From contig CM075987.1 of NCBI GenBank assembly GCA_038087875.1, positions 19,096,001 through 19,160,000 of the forward strand: DNA of 64,000 nt, read 5' to 3'. The first letter of the stretch is position 1. Each line of letters starts with the position of its first letter. Shown piece by piece: positions 51,075 to 63,070 of this stretch. Under the pieces are notes generated by a model, which ran no database searches, was not told the DNA's origin, and saw only the letters and a program-made list of their open reading frames with translations. The position numbers and the translations under genes are program-made. Origin of the DNA: Malacoraja senta (Eukaryota).

Positions 51075-54000
51075 TTATAAATTTAATCTGATGATTGGTT
51101 TACGCACTCTTTCTGATCTCCTGAGTGGTTTAGGGGGAGTGTCAGGTTGTGGTTCTAAAGGAGAGTCAAGTTCAGGATCATTTACCTTTGTCTCTACTTT
51201 CTTTGGAGATTCTGCTCTTACATCTGAACTTGGAATAATACCGAAGTCTGACAGATTTGTTTCTTCGTCTATGCTTTGCTCTTCATCCCTTGCTGGGATC
51301 ATATGTTTTGTGTGCACACTTCTAACATGTCCTCCAATTTCTACCAAGTACCTCCTGGTTCCACACACTTCAACTACTGTTCCCACCTCCCATTTGTTTG
51401 CTTTGTAAGGGGGGCTGAGTACATGAACCTGATCATGTGTATTGAACCTACGTTCTTTTTGACTTCCACCATAATGACTTTTCTGATCAGATTGTTTGCG
51501 TTTAACCTTAGGAGATAGGTTAGGTAGAACCAAACGGTCTAGTTCTGAGCTTTCTTTTCATGAGAAGTTCAGCTGGCGTATACCCTGTGGTAGATTGTGG
51601 CATGGTACGATATTTCAGTAAGAAACTAGCTAACCGCTGTGACATACTGAATTTTGAATTCCCTTCAAGAACTTCAGGTAATCCATGACACACAAAGATA
51701 GACCACAGTGCGTCTATTGTTCTTTCTGTTATGTTCGTACCCATTTGTACCACCTCAATCCACTTTGAGTGGCTATCTACCAAAACAAGAAAACTATAAT
51801 TCCCGTGTTCATAAAAATCAACATGAACCCTCTGAAAAGATCTAGTAGGGCAGGCCTACAACTCTGACAGGTGCTACATTTGCTTGCCATTGCTTCTATG
51901 TCATTGTCCAATCCTGGCCAATACATGCAACCTCTGGCTGTAGACTTCATTCCCACAACACCTGTGTGTTCACTATGGAGTTCTTTAAGTAATCTTTGTC
52001 TTAAACAATTGGGCACAACTACTCTGTGACCCCATTTAATACACCCATGCTCACATGACAGTTCATGTCTTCTATTGTGATAAGAATTTAGTTCATTTGT
52101 ACATGGTTTTATTTCTGGCCATCCACACAAAGTTTGTTCATATACTTGCTTTTGCACTGTGTCCTTTTGGGTTTCAACAGCAATCTCAGCTGCTGTGACT
52201 GGAAAGTCATTGTCCACTGCTTCTGTGACGTAGATAGCACCTTCAGTGCCCACATCTGATTCTTCATGAGGCAAACGCGACAATGCATCAGCGAAAGCAT
52301 TTTCTTTTGAGCTGCGGTATTCAATGCTGTAGTCATACTGTGACAGGAGAACTGCACAACGCTGCATCCTCGAGGCTGCCATTGTAGGTATTGCTGACCA
52401 AGAATAGCGAGAAGTGGCTTATGATCAGTAACCAGGGTGAATTTCCTACCCAACAGATACTAATTGAATTTTTTGATCCCAAAGATGATACCAAGGGCTT
52501 CTTTCTCGATTTGTGCATAATTACGCTTACTCTTGGTAAGTGTGCATGATGCAAATGCCATAGGCTTTTCTAGTCCATGTTCCATTACATGTGAAATCAC
52601 AGCTCCTACCCCACAACTAGACGCATCTCAAGCTAACTTTAACTCGCGATTTGTATCATAGTAAACAAGTAATGCATTCCTGGTCAAGCTCTTCTTACAT
52701 GCATCATAAGCATTTTGTTGCTCTTTGGACCATTCCCATTTTTTATCCTTGCTTAACAACTTGTGAAAAGGAGCTAGCTTTGTTAACTTGGGTAAGAAGC
52801 GTGAGTAATACTGTACCATACCCAGGAAGGAGCGGAGTTGAGACACATTCTGTGGTGTTGGTGCGTTTGCTATAGCTTCAATATTTTCCTTCACTGGCTG
52901 CAGTCCATGTTGATCCACGTTCAAACCAAGATACACTACTTCAGTCTGTAAGAATGCACATTTGCTTCTTTTCAACTTTATATTGTGATCATCAAGCCGT
53001 TTCAACACTTCACTATCTCCAGATTCTCCTCCTCAGTAACAGTTGCAATCAGCAAGTCATCTTGATTGCTCAAACAATGTGATGTTCCTTGCAGACTCTT
53101 GTCCATTGTAGCTTGGAAGATTTTTGCTGCTGACGTCACACCATAGGATAGTTTTGTGTAGGAATACAGCCCCATGTGTGTGTTTATCGTGATGTACTGC
53201 TGGCTCTTACAATCAACATTTAGCTGAGCATATATGCATGACGGATCTAGCTTGCAGAATACCTTGGAACCAGCAAGTTCAGCGTATAGATCTTGTGAGG
53301 TTGGTAGTGGATACTGTTCATCATCTACTGCCTGGTTGATGGTCACTTTGTGGTCTCCACACAATCTCACTGTGTTGTCCGCTTTTGGAACCACTACTAT
53401 TGGAGTAGCTCAATCTTTGCGATCTGTTTTAACCAGTACACCGTTTTGTTCCACCTTTTTACTTTTCAGCGAATATGGCACTGGTCACGGTCTACAGTAG
53501 ACAGGTTCCACATCGGTTTGAATCCTGATGTGTGCTTGCTCACCCTTTATGCCATCGTAGCTGTCATTGAACATAGCATGATGTCTCTGCAGCAACTGAT
53601 CCAGTTTTGTTTGCGCTTCGGCTTGGAATACAGATTTCCAGTCCAGTTTTTCAGTAAGTGGAGCCAATTGTTAGCCCATCAACGTTGGCCTATTGACATA
53701 ACTTGCGACTATTGGCAACTTTGAAGTCTTGCCTTTGTGTTGTACATCACAAACTATCTCTCCACATGTCTCCAACACTTCTCCAGTGTATTTTTTCAGC
53801 TGAACGTTTGTTTCTGTGATAGGCATATTGCTAAACTTGAATTCATAGGTGTCTTTGCTTATAATTGTGCAATCGGCAGCGGTATCAATACAGATTGTTC
53901 ACTTTGACACTTTCTGAAAGTCTTTCTTTCCAGACCCACCGTTCGTAGTATAGATGCCGTACAGTCCAAGTTCATTACTCTCCGAGTGTTCTTCGAGGTT

Positions 54001-54835
54001 GTGAATCCCACACATTTGTTTTTCTCGAGCCTTTTGTTTTGCTTTATCTTGTGATAGTGCTCTACATGCTGATGCAATATGGCCTTTCTTTTGCCAGTTG
54101 TAGTTCTTGAACTGGCACTTATTTGCTTGTGTTGACCATTGCATCGATAGCACATATCTGCACTTTCCCAGAACTTTGCTGTGAAGGCCTTTTCCCTGTC
54201 TTGTCATGCTTGTGTTTGGAAACTGCCTTTTGACTGTTGACTATGCCAGCATGTGTTGGTCGAAACTCATGTGCACTTTGACATGCCATCTCCATGGCCA
54301 AAGCAGTTTTGCATGCCAAATCAAAGGTTAGGGCTGGTGTGTTCAGTAATTTTGATTGGATTTGCTCATCCAGCATTGCTCATCACGCAAAGCTCGATCC
54401 AGAAATGTCTCAAAATTGCAGTGCAGACACAACTTCTTCAATGAGATAATGTCCTCACCCAGTCTCACCAGACGTCTGGTTTCTTGTGTGAAATTTGTCA
54501 CGTTCTGCTATCTCTATCGGCTTAGGGTTGAAGTGAGCATCAAGTTTTGAAAGAGCAGTCTCAAATGAAACATTCCGTGCTTTCTCTGGGGCTAGGATGT
54601 TGGTGAGAGTTTCATAAACTTCAGGACCAATTTCAGTTAATAGAATGGCTTTCTTTCGTTCCTGGATGGCCTTATTTTGTGCTCTTACCTGCACTTGATC
54701 ATCATCCTCTGTTTCATCAGCTTCAATAATGTAATTTGCAATAAAAAAAAATTCCATTTGCTCACAGTACAAGGTAAAGGTTTCATGGTTCTTGTTGAAA
54801 GTCCTTAGTCTGCCTTTGTATCCCAAGGACGCCAT
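51075..54835 (-). pseudogene. gag-pol polyprotein with many frameshifts and stops
   Basis: Gag (AILLTEIGPEVY, HFNPKP), Zn knuckles (CYRCNGQH, KKGHIASAC), RT (VRLCGDHK, QDD), RNase H (TDHKPL, ADALSR), integrase (LHSEHTG..CSTC, VDSHSKWIEV, TTGYTPAEL). Confidence 0.92.
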
Positions 54836-55041
54836 CTTGCCCCGTAGACACAACACAAAGATAGTCTGACAAACTAGACGATTTGTACAGCTGCTGTTTT
54901 AAACTACAGACCCATGCATAGAAGGATCTGTGGCCTTTCGTGTTCAGTTCGCAAACAACTGCAACACACTTTGTATTTGCTGTTTAAAATGTTAAACAAT
55001 ACTGCGTTTTGCAAAACAGTCCTGCACTGTATTTAAACTCT

Positions 55042-55059
55042 ATCCGATCCTCGTTGCCA
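55042..55059 (-). promoter_or_regulatory. Primer binding site, tRNA-Ser(GCT)-like
   Basis: TGGCAACGAGGATCGGAT just after the 5' LTR; close to the complement of the recalled tRNA-Ser(GCT) 3' end TGGCGACGAGGATGGGAT. Confidence 0.75.
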
Positions 55060-55060
55060 T

Positions 55061-55275
55061 TGTAAGATATTACGGCTTCAGCATGTAATTAGAAACAAGC
55101 ACAGGTTTTCAGTACACGCTGTTGCCAGTGTAGGTCTTCTTTATTTTACAAATATACACTGCGCATACTCGCACATATTCATTAGAGTGATGAGATATTA
55201 AATATATCAATGAACCAAATCAAACCATTCTAGTACTCAGTCCTTAAAGTTACAGTGATCATTATATACACTACA
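55061..55275 (-). repeat. 5' LTR
   Basis: TGTAG...TTACA on the minus strand; homologous to 50821-51024. Confidence 0.93.
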
Positions 55276-56059
55276 AGGTGTAATTGATTATTTTGTTTGT
55301 TTCGGTCTGTTTGCAGCCAATATTGTTACTTCCACATAAAATTCTGAAGTGTTTTCACCACACTACGACAGGCCCTGTACAAATGTTCTCTCTGTGCACA
55401 AAAGTGATTTTTAAAGTATTGAAGACAACTTTGAGACTTGTTAACCCTTGCAGCTAAAATGCGCTCTTTACTCCCAAAGCTGCTTCAAGATAACATGGTA
55501 TTGCACATGGTATTATTGGCTTGTACCTAAATGCTCAATATGTTCCACCTGGATCATTCTGTGTGTGTTCCTTGTCATGGAAGTTTAACACATCTTGTGT
55601 AACTCTACATCTACAACATCACACATTGTGAGAGCATTCAAGATGAAGAATTCTTTTTCAATTGTTGAATCGATAAAAATTAACTGAGAAGAATTTATGG
55701 TAATGAAAAAATCTTAAATCAATCAACCACCTCAAACATTATAGCTACTATCTCCACCCATTCTAGTTTCAAAATAAGTATTGTGACTTTATTTCCAGGC
55801 TTGTTATCATTGAGTAAAGGTTCTGTGTCAGAAGCAAATGGATTTGCCTCTCCTGCTGGGCTAATTAAATATATTTTAATTTTATTTTTGAACTTCTCCA
55901 ATACTGTTTTCTCCAGATCTGCAATCTCTCAGCCTCCCTTGCTCTGTCCTCAGTTTTATACATTCCATCAACGAGGGCCTTTAGTTTTAAGTGCCCAAAG
56001 TTCTAGAATTCCCTCCTAGGGCCTTCTCCTTCTGCCATGCAGGTTGATTCATTGCTCAC

Positions 56060-57195
56060 CTGTCCTATTAGCACAATGGGAAGTCAAACCAGAGAAGGGC
56101 CTTCACAGTGAATATTAGGGCCCTGAGGAGTGTTGTAGAGCAGAGGGATCTAGGAGTGCAGGTACATAGTTCCTTGAAAATGGCATAATCGGTAGACTAG
56201 CCACCATTGATTAATAAGAACATTGGTCTTTATCAGTCAGGGTATTGTATAAATGTTAGAATGTTATGTTACAGTTTTAGAAGGCTTTCGGGAGGTTGCA
56301 TTTGGAGTCTTGTTTTCAGTTTTGGTCACCCTGTTATAGGAAGGATGTTGTCAAGCTGGAAAGAGTGCAGAAAAGATTGCTAGGATTTGTGGGCCTGAGC
56401 TATTGGCAGAGGCTGGGCAGGTGTCTTGGAGCGCAGGAGGCTTCGGGATGATAGAGGTGTATAAGATCATGAGAGGATAAGATAAGGTAAATGCATAAAG
56501 TCTTTTAGCCAGAGTAGGGGAATCAAGAAACAGAGGACATAGATATTAGGTGAGACTGGAAAGATTTAATAGGAACCTGAGGGACATTTTTTTCTACACA
56601 GAGGGTGGTGGATATATGGAACGAGCCACCAGAGGAGGTAGTTGAGGCAGGTACAATAACAGCACGTAAAGAACATTCTAGAATTTAGAAGATTGAGGGG
56701 GGATCTTATAGAAACTTACAAAATTCTTAAGTGGTTGGACAGGCTAGATGCAGGAAGATTGTTCCCGATGTTAGGGAAGTCCAGAACAAGGGGTCACAGT
56801 TTAAGGATAAGGGGGAAATCTTTTAGGACCGAGATGAGAAAAAAATATTTCACACAGAGTGGTGAATCTCTGGAATTCTCTGCCACAGAAGGTAGTTGAG
56901 GCCAGTTCATTGGCTATATTTAAGAGGGAATTAGATGTGGCTAAAGGTATCAGGAGGTATGGAGAGAAGGCAGGTACAGGATACTGAGTTGGATGATCAG
57001 CCATGATCATATTGAATGGCTGATCATATCGAAGGGCCGAATGGCCTACTCCTGCACCTATTTTCTATGTTTCTATTTGGATGGATAGGAAAGGTTTAGA
57101 GGGAAATAGGCCAAACACAGGAAGGTGTGACTAGTGTAGATGGGGCATCATGGTTGGCTCGGGCAAGTTGGGTAGAATGCTTTCATGCTGTATGA
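56060..57195 (+). mobile_element. Old CR1 fragment with a younger CR1 3' end nested at about 56677-57076
   Basis: TRGH/LWN C-terminal region occurs twice; inner copy ends in ttttctatgtttctat and the older tail resumes after it. Confidence 0.85.
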
Positions 57196-57473
57196 CTTCG
57201 CTTATAGTGAAGTTCTATTGCATAACAGTTTTATCTGAAGCCTTGGGCATTTGACTTTTGTTAAAGTTGCTTGATAAATGCCCAGGTTGTTGCATGTATC
57301 ATTATTTCCGTTGTTGACCGTCGCTGTGACTTAACACTTAAAAAGCTGCCACTTCAGACAATCAGTTGTGCTTATGCTAGCAGTTATCGGCAGTATATAG
57401 TTGTTTACCTCAAAGCCCAAAATGTCACTGCTTTTGAAAAGTCAGGTACATCTTGCAGAAGTACTTGTGTAGG

Positions 57474-57614
57474 TAAGTCTCCGACTACATTCTATCTCTG
57501 TCCCGCCCACTCCCCTGACATCAGTCTGAAGAAGGGTCTCGAGCCGAAACGTCACCCATTTCTCTCCAGAGATGCTGCCTGTCCCGCTGAGTTACTCCTG
57601 CATTTTGTGTCTAC
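57474..57614 (+). mobile_element. PLE-derived short element with 22 bp TSD and hammerhead-like core
   Basis: cttgcagaagtacttgtgtagg (57452-57473) / cttacagaagtacttgtctagg (57615-57636); CTGAAGA..GAAACGTC at 57526-57553. Confidence 0.8.
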
Positions 57615-59744
57615 CTTACAGAAGTACTTGTCTAGGCATGGTATAATACTGTCTTACATTTGGACATCAAATTGAAGAGCCAGACATGTTCTTTGATGGA
57701 GTCATATTGAATTGTTAATGTATTGTCATTATTAGTTCTGAAAAAGCTTTGCAGAATAAATTGGTATGGTAAGCATATATTTACATGAATTCAGTCCAAA
57801 GGCCTTTACTTCTGATCACCAGCCATTCTGTAAATGAAAAACAGAGGTTAAAAAGAGTCCTTTTGCAAACTTGACTTCTGAGTACATGGTCTGTTTCACT
57901 GGTATCTGTGGAGCTTAGCATCCTGAATCATTTTTGAAATAGAACTCCTCTGTGTTTTTAATCAGATGATTTCTTCCATAACTGCATCTGCGAGATTACT
58001 ATGGAAACGCATGATGGTTGTGCGGTGTGCTTGCATAAGCCTCAAGGTTTCATTTTCAATCCCATTGTATCTCAAACCGCCCAAAATCACACTGCCTATG
58101 TGTACTGGCTGTACAGTTTGGTGGGTTTCAGTGTTCATGTGAGTACATGTTATATTTATTGTGGTGCAATTGGAAATAGCTTTGGTCATTTCTTTTGAAA
58201 GGAAATGTATATGACTGAGGGAATGTAAGTTACATCTAATATTCAAGTGGATATGCAAGTACTTTGCACTCTAATACCCTTTCAGGCAGTGAGTTCTAAC
58301 TTATTCTTCACTTTAATGCTCCCGAACAACTTCAAATCTGATGAAGGGTCCGCATGTGAAACATCGTCTCTCCGTTTCTCTCTACAGATCTATGTTCCTC
58401 TGGCAGTTTGTTTTTCCCTCAAATCTATTCTCACTGGTTATTTCCTGCAAAAGGAAATATGTTCTCTCCATGCATTTTGTCTAGAATCCATGTAATTATG
58501 TACGCTTCAATTAAATCTCCCCTTGGCTGTTTTTGTTCCAAGGGAAAGAAGCTTAGACTGTTCGATTTTTCTCTCCTAGCTGAAGTCTTGACGGCATCCT
58601 GTAGATCTCCATTGCACCCTCGATAATGGTATCTCACTGTTCCTGTTTCGTGACAATCCGAGCTGTGCATGCTGACTAGTTGTGGTCTAAGTAGTCTTTA
58701 TCTTCGTTACTCTTTTTATCTTCCCTGTCTCAGTATGCTGCTTCAACAATTTCATCCTCTTTCCATGCAATCTTCAGGGATCTGTAGGCACACAGCCAAA
58801 GGTCCAATTGGTTAGCTAGACTTCTCTTGTGCATTCCCTTGCTTTATTTTCCCTCCACAGGTTCGTTACTTCATGGTCCTTTTGACTGAATTCCTTTAGC
58901 ATGTTTCGGGTCAGGACCCTTCTTCAACAATTTATTAATATGTTCCTCTGGTCAAGATGATCTCTGACAACCACCTGGCCTATTCTTGCATGGTTTGTAA
59001 ATCTCTTGATTATGACTCCATTTATGTCTAACTCATTGATAGATATCATGTAATCCACACAAACTACATGATCGGCGGGAGGGTTGGGATATTGGTGGGA
59101 GGGTTTGATTGATTTCCGAGGGCATGATTTACTCTCGTCATAAATATGAAGAAACAAAAGATATGAACAGATTAATTTCTGTTCAGATTATTAGCAAACA
59201 GTAAGAAGATACTAAGGCTTCTGGCCCAAAAAGTCATCTGTCCATTCTCTCCTTTAATACGGCCTGACCTGCTGAGTTCCTCCAACCCTTTGTTTTGAGC
59301 AAGGTTTTGTTTATATAATTTGCAAGAAATTATGTTTCAGTATACTGTGCTCGACTGATTGATTTGCTTGAAATCATTTTTTTATTAGTTTATCAGTTCT
59401 GGGAATTTGATAATACTCTTGATCCATATCCAAACAGCATATCATCTCTGATGTTTATAATAATTAGTGCTTAACAAATTAAGTTATTACAGGAAGATAA
59501 AATGACCTCTATTCCAATCTATACACCACCTTAATATCCTTTAGCTTTTAACAAATTTGTAAACAGATGCTGTTATTATTTGAGTCTTCAGAATTCCTGT
59601 TTTATCCGACATGACAAAGCTTTGGTCTGATTGTGTTATATTTTCCAAACTTAATTCAGCGTTTACAAAGTGTACAAATAGATTGCTAGGATAATCCTAC
59701 AATTCAAGGGAAAACAATTCAAGGGATTGTGTAGGAACGAATAT

Positions 59745-60643
59745 AGGGGGGTTGCACGTAAGGTCACTGGGTCATAGGGCTTGACGCACGGAGCCGCTGA
59801 ATCCATCTGGAGGACATCGCAGCTTCCGGTATATGTTGTTAATACACGAAACGCGTACTTTCCTACCTGTTAAAAACTGGCAAAATGTTGAATTTTTGCA
59901 CTGTAAAAAATTGTGGAAGTCGGGGTAAGCGTGAGAGACATGTACCCAACTTCAGAATTCCAAAAGTGAAGCGAAATGAAGGTAAAGAGAAGCGAGAGCT
60001 GAAGGGACAACAACGGCTAAAGTGCTTGGCGAACATTGGCCGTGCAGATATCGAAATTGAAAATATTTGGAATTATCGCGTTTGCTCACTGCATTTCATC
60101 AACAGTAAGGCATTATTTGTGTCTTTTCTTGATTCCTTTGGTATCTAAAAAGTCTCAGAAGTGATAAATCTGGCTGTAAATTTTGCTTCAGAGGCATTTT
60201 CTTTTTGTATGTAAAAACCCACTTGAGAACCATGGGCGATTTTAAAATTTTACAGCCAGATTTATCACTTCTGAAACTTTTTAGATGCCAAAGGAATCAA
60301 GAAAAAACACAAATAATGCCTTACTGTTGATGAAATGCAGAGCAAACGGCCAATGTTCGCCAAGCACTTTGGCTGTTGTTGTCCCTTCAGCTCTCGCTTC
60401 TATCTACTGTCATTTCTCCTCACTTTTGGAATTCTGAAGTAGGCTAAATGTCTCTCACGCTTATCCCGATTTCCATAATTATTTACAGCGCAAAAATTGA
60501 CAATTTCAGCGGGTTTTAACGGGCCCGCTACGCTGGAAACAATGGTCAGTGCTTACCTGCAGTTCATCGCGTGTACTCCATTTGGCGTAGCATAACAACA
60601 GTACGGGTCATGGGTCGTGACTCGACTGCCGTGCAACCTCCCT
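59745..60643. mobile_element. Non-autonomous fold-back DNA transposon, probably ISL2EU/Harbinger-related
   Basis: 14 bp TIRs AGGGGGGTTGCACG / CGTGCAACCTCCCT flanked by AT; internal inverted arms of about 300 bp carrying a THAP exon. Confidence 0.82.
59885..60104 (+). pseudogene. THAP zinc-finger exon of a transposase
   Basis: C-x4-C..FRIP..R-x2-(W>C)L..YRVCSLHF pattern followed by donor-like GTAAGG at 60105; inverted, partly deleted copy at about 60325-60505. Confidence 0.82.
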
Positions 60644-62876
60644 ATAGGTGGAGAGATTAAAGCTTGCCATTACAAAATTACAGAGATAATTAACAACTGT
60701 CCACCTTCACTGTCTCCTGTGCCCTGATGGCTTTATCTGCCCTTTTTCTTCCCACTTTGTCTACCCCTGTCTCTCCACTACCCACCCCATGGCTCCATCT
60801 TCCTTCAATCAACCCTCCTGTCCACCTGTCCCCAACTGTGCCCTCTCTCACCCCTGTCCCTGTCCCGTCCCCTCTATACTGACTATCTTCCCCCTCCACT
60901 CACAGTCCGGATGCAGGATCTCGAGCAAATGGTCACAATTCTCTACCCCACACATGCTGCTCAATCCGCAAGTTCCTCCAGCAGATTGTTTCTTTTGCTC
61001 CAGATTGCAACATCTGCCGTCAATTGTGTCTCAGATTGGTTATGTTTTTTTCTTCAATCTCAGCACCCGTTCACATTAATTGTTGCCTTTGATGCCTACA
61101 AGATTTTTCAATTAGCTCGCAAAATATTTAACATTGGCATTAATCATTTATCCTGCCACGTTCATTAAAGATTCATTTCACTTCCACCCCTCTCTTATGC
61201 AGTCTGTTTTAGAAATTAGCCCCCGTAATCTGTTTGCACATGTTATACAGTGTGATGTGCTCTACAGCAGGAACAATCAAAAAAATATTGATCACGCTTG
61301 TCTTTTTTTAAATGCTGTAGTATAATAGAATGATTGAAGGAACCTAAAAACTGGTGTGCAGTCTGTAATTGGGAGTGGTTAATATATAATAGTTAAAATT
61401 CAATGACTAATTCGGAAATTTATTTTTATCAGGAGTGGTCGGTAGGTTAATTGTCCTCCTGTAAAAAGTGTACAAATGAGTGGTCGAATTGGGAGTTGAT
61501 GAGAAAATGGGGAGAATAAAATTGGTTGAGAGGAAGATTAGTGATGGTGTTTGCCGATCAGCACACACTCAGTGGGCCGAAGGAACAGTTTCCATGCTCT
61601 GTAATTCTATGATTAGGATGTTTAACTCAACCACATGGAGGAATAGAAGCAATTAAATCAAGATGCCTTTAAGGGGAAATTTAAGCTAGATCATGATCAA
61701 CAATCGAATAGAAAGGTATGTTTATATTGTTGAATGAAGAATAATGATGGGCTCGCAAGGAACATAAATGTCAGTGAGTAGTTAAACAATGTGGCCTTTC
61801 GCTGTGCTATGAATTCTATGTAATGAAATTCTTCCACCATTAATTGCATTTGCCTTATTTTACTCAGGATTGCAGTTTTCTTCAAGCAGTAGATAATACG
61901 TGAAAAGTGGTTCACTTGTAAATGGTACCAATTTTATCCTGGTTTATACGCTGGTCTGATTGCTTATGAAGCTTATGTGACACGTAATGGGTGTTAATAG
62001 GTCTCATCAACGTAATGTTCAATGGTGCAGCAAGGGCATAACCTCCAGACGAAGGTTGCTTAATGATTACTGTGGCTCTCTGAGAATGATGAGAACCAGC
62101 TGCTCTGCTCTCTGTTGTCTCATGTAAACAGCTGCATCTTCTAGAAACTACTTCTCAGCCAATTCCTCAACACTAATATTTTATTTTTGATGTGAGTTTT
62201 CTTTACTGTTTCCCTGCTGTTTCCACTGATATATATTTTTGGATTATAATCACAGTGCAGAAACACAGCACCACACTGCTTGGAGTCACAAAATAATGCT
62301 TGAAATTCTTTAACTGTTGCTGACATTTGATCAGAGTTATGCCAGTTTATTGAACATAAACTCCAGGAACAGAAGGAAGAGGGCCTTACAGATTCAGCGT
62401 ACACATTTCAGCGCAGTTTTCTGGGGGTGTTTGATGCTAGTTTAAGAAGTAATTTCTAAATTAGTAAAATGTATTTACCACTTCCTCCTGCACCATTAAT
62501 TTGACCAGAATGGCTGCAATATTGTCTCTACCCTGCACAGTGGAGGCATTTTGCAACTGAATACATCTATGATTTCAGAATCATAAAGTCAAAGAGCTGT
62601 ACAGCACGGAAACAGTCCCTTCAGCCCACCTCGTCCATTAGCCTGCGTTTGGCCTCAATCTCTCTGAACCTTTTCAATCCCCATATCTATAGTCCTTACG
62701 AAGATCCGCATAAGCGCAATTGGTTCTATTTCAGTTGTTGGGTAATGTTAAGGATGTAACCCACATCCTTAAGTCTTGAGCACAATGCACAACAGAGGGA
62801 ATGTCTACAATTTCATGAGACATTCAGTCATGGACCCACGTGCACTGAATTGCACATAAAAAGGGACTCGGTTCTG

Positions 62877-63070
62877 GTAGACACAAAATGCTGGAATAAC
62901 TCAGCGGATCAGGCAGCATCTCTGGAGAAAATGGATAGGTGACCCTTCAGAAGGGTCCTGACCCAAAACGTCACCTATCCATTTTCTCCAGAGATGCTGC
63001 CTGATCCGCTGAGTTATTCCAGCATTTTTTTGTCTCTCTTTGGTATAAACCAGCACCCGCAGTTCCTTTT
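62877..63070. mobile_element. Palindromic PLE-derived short element
   Basis: Perfect 59 bp inverted repeat 62885-62943 / 62970-63028 around a decayed hammerhead core. Confidence 0.85.

Larger units (their letters stand above)
50821..55275 (-). mobile_element. Gypsy/Ty3 LTR retrotransposon (Mag-like), both LTRs present, decayed
   Basis: Two LTRs, 5 bp TSD AGGTG (50816-50820 and 55276-55280), PBS, PPT, gag-PR-RT-RH-IN order. Confidence 0.96.

Noticed and set aside
59885-60148. Domesticated THAP gene
   Set aside because: Enclosed by TIRs, duplicated in inverted form, conserved Trp lost and no downstream exon within the element
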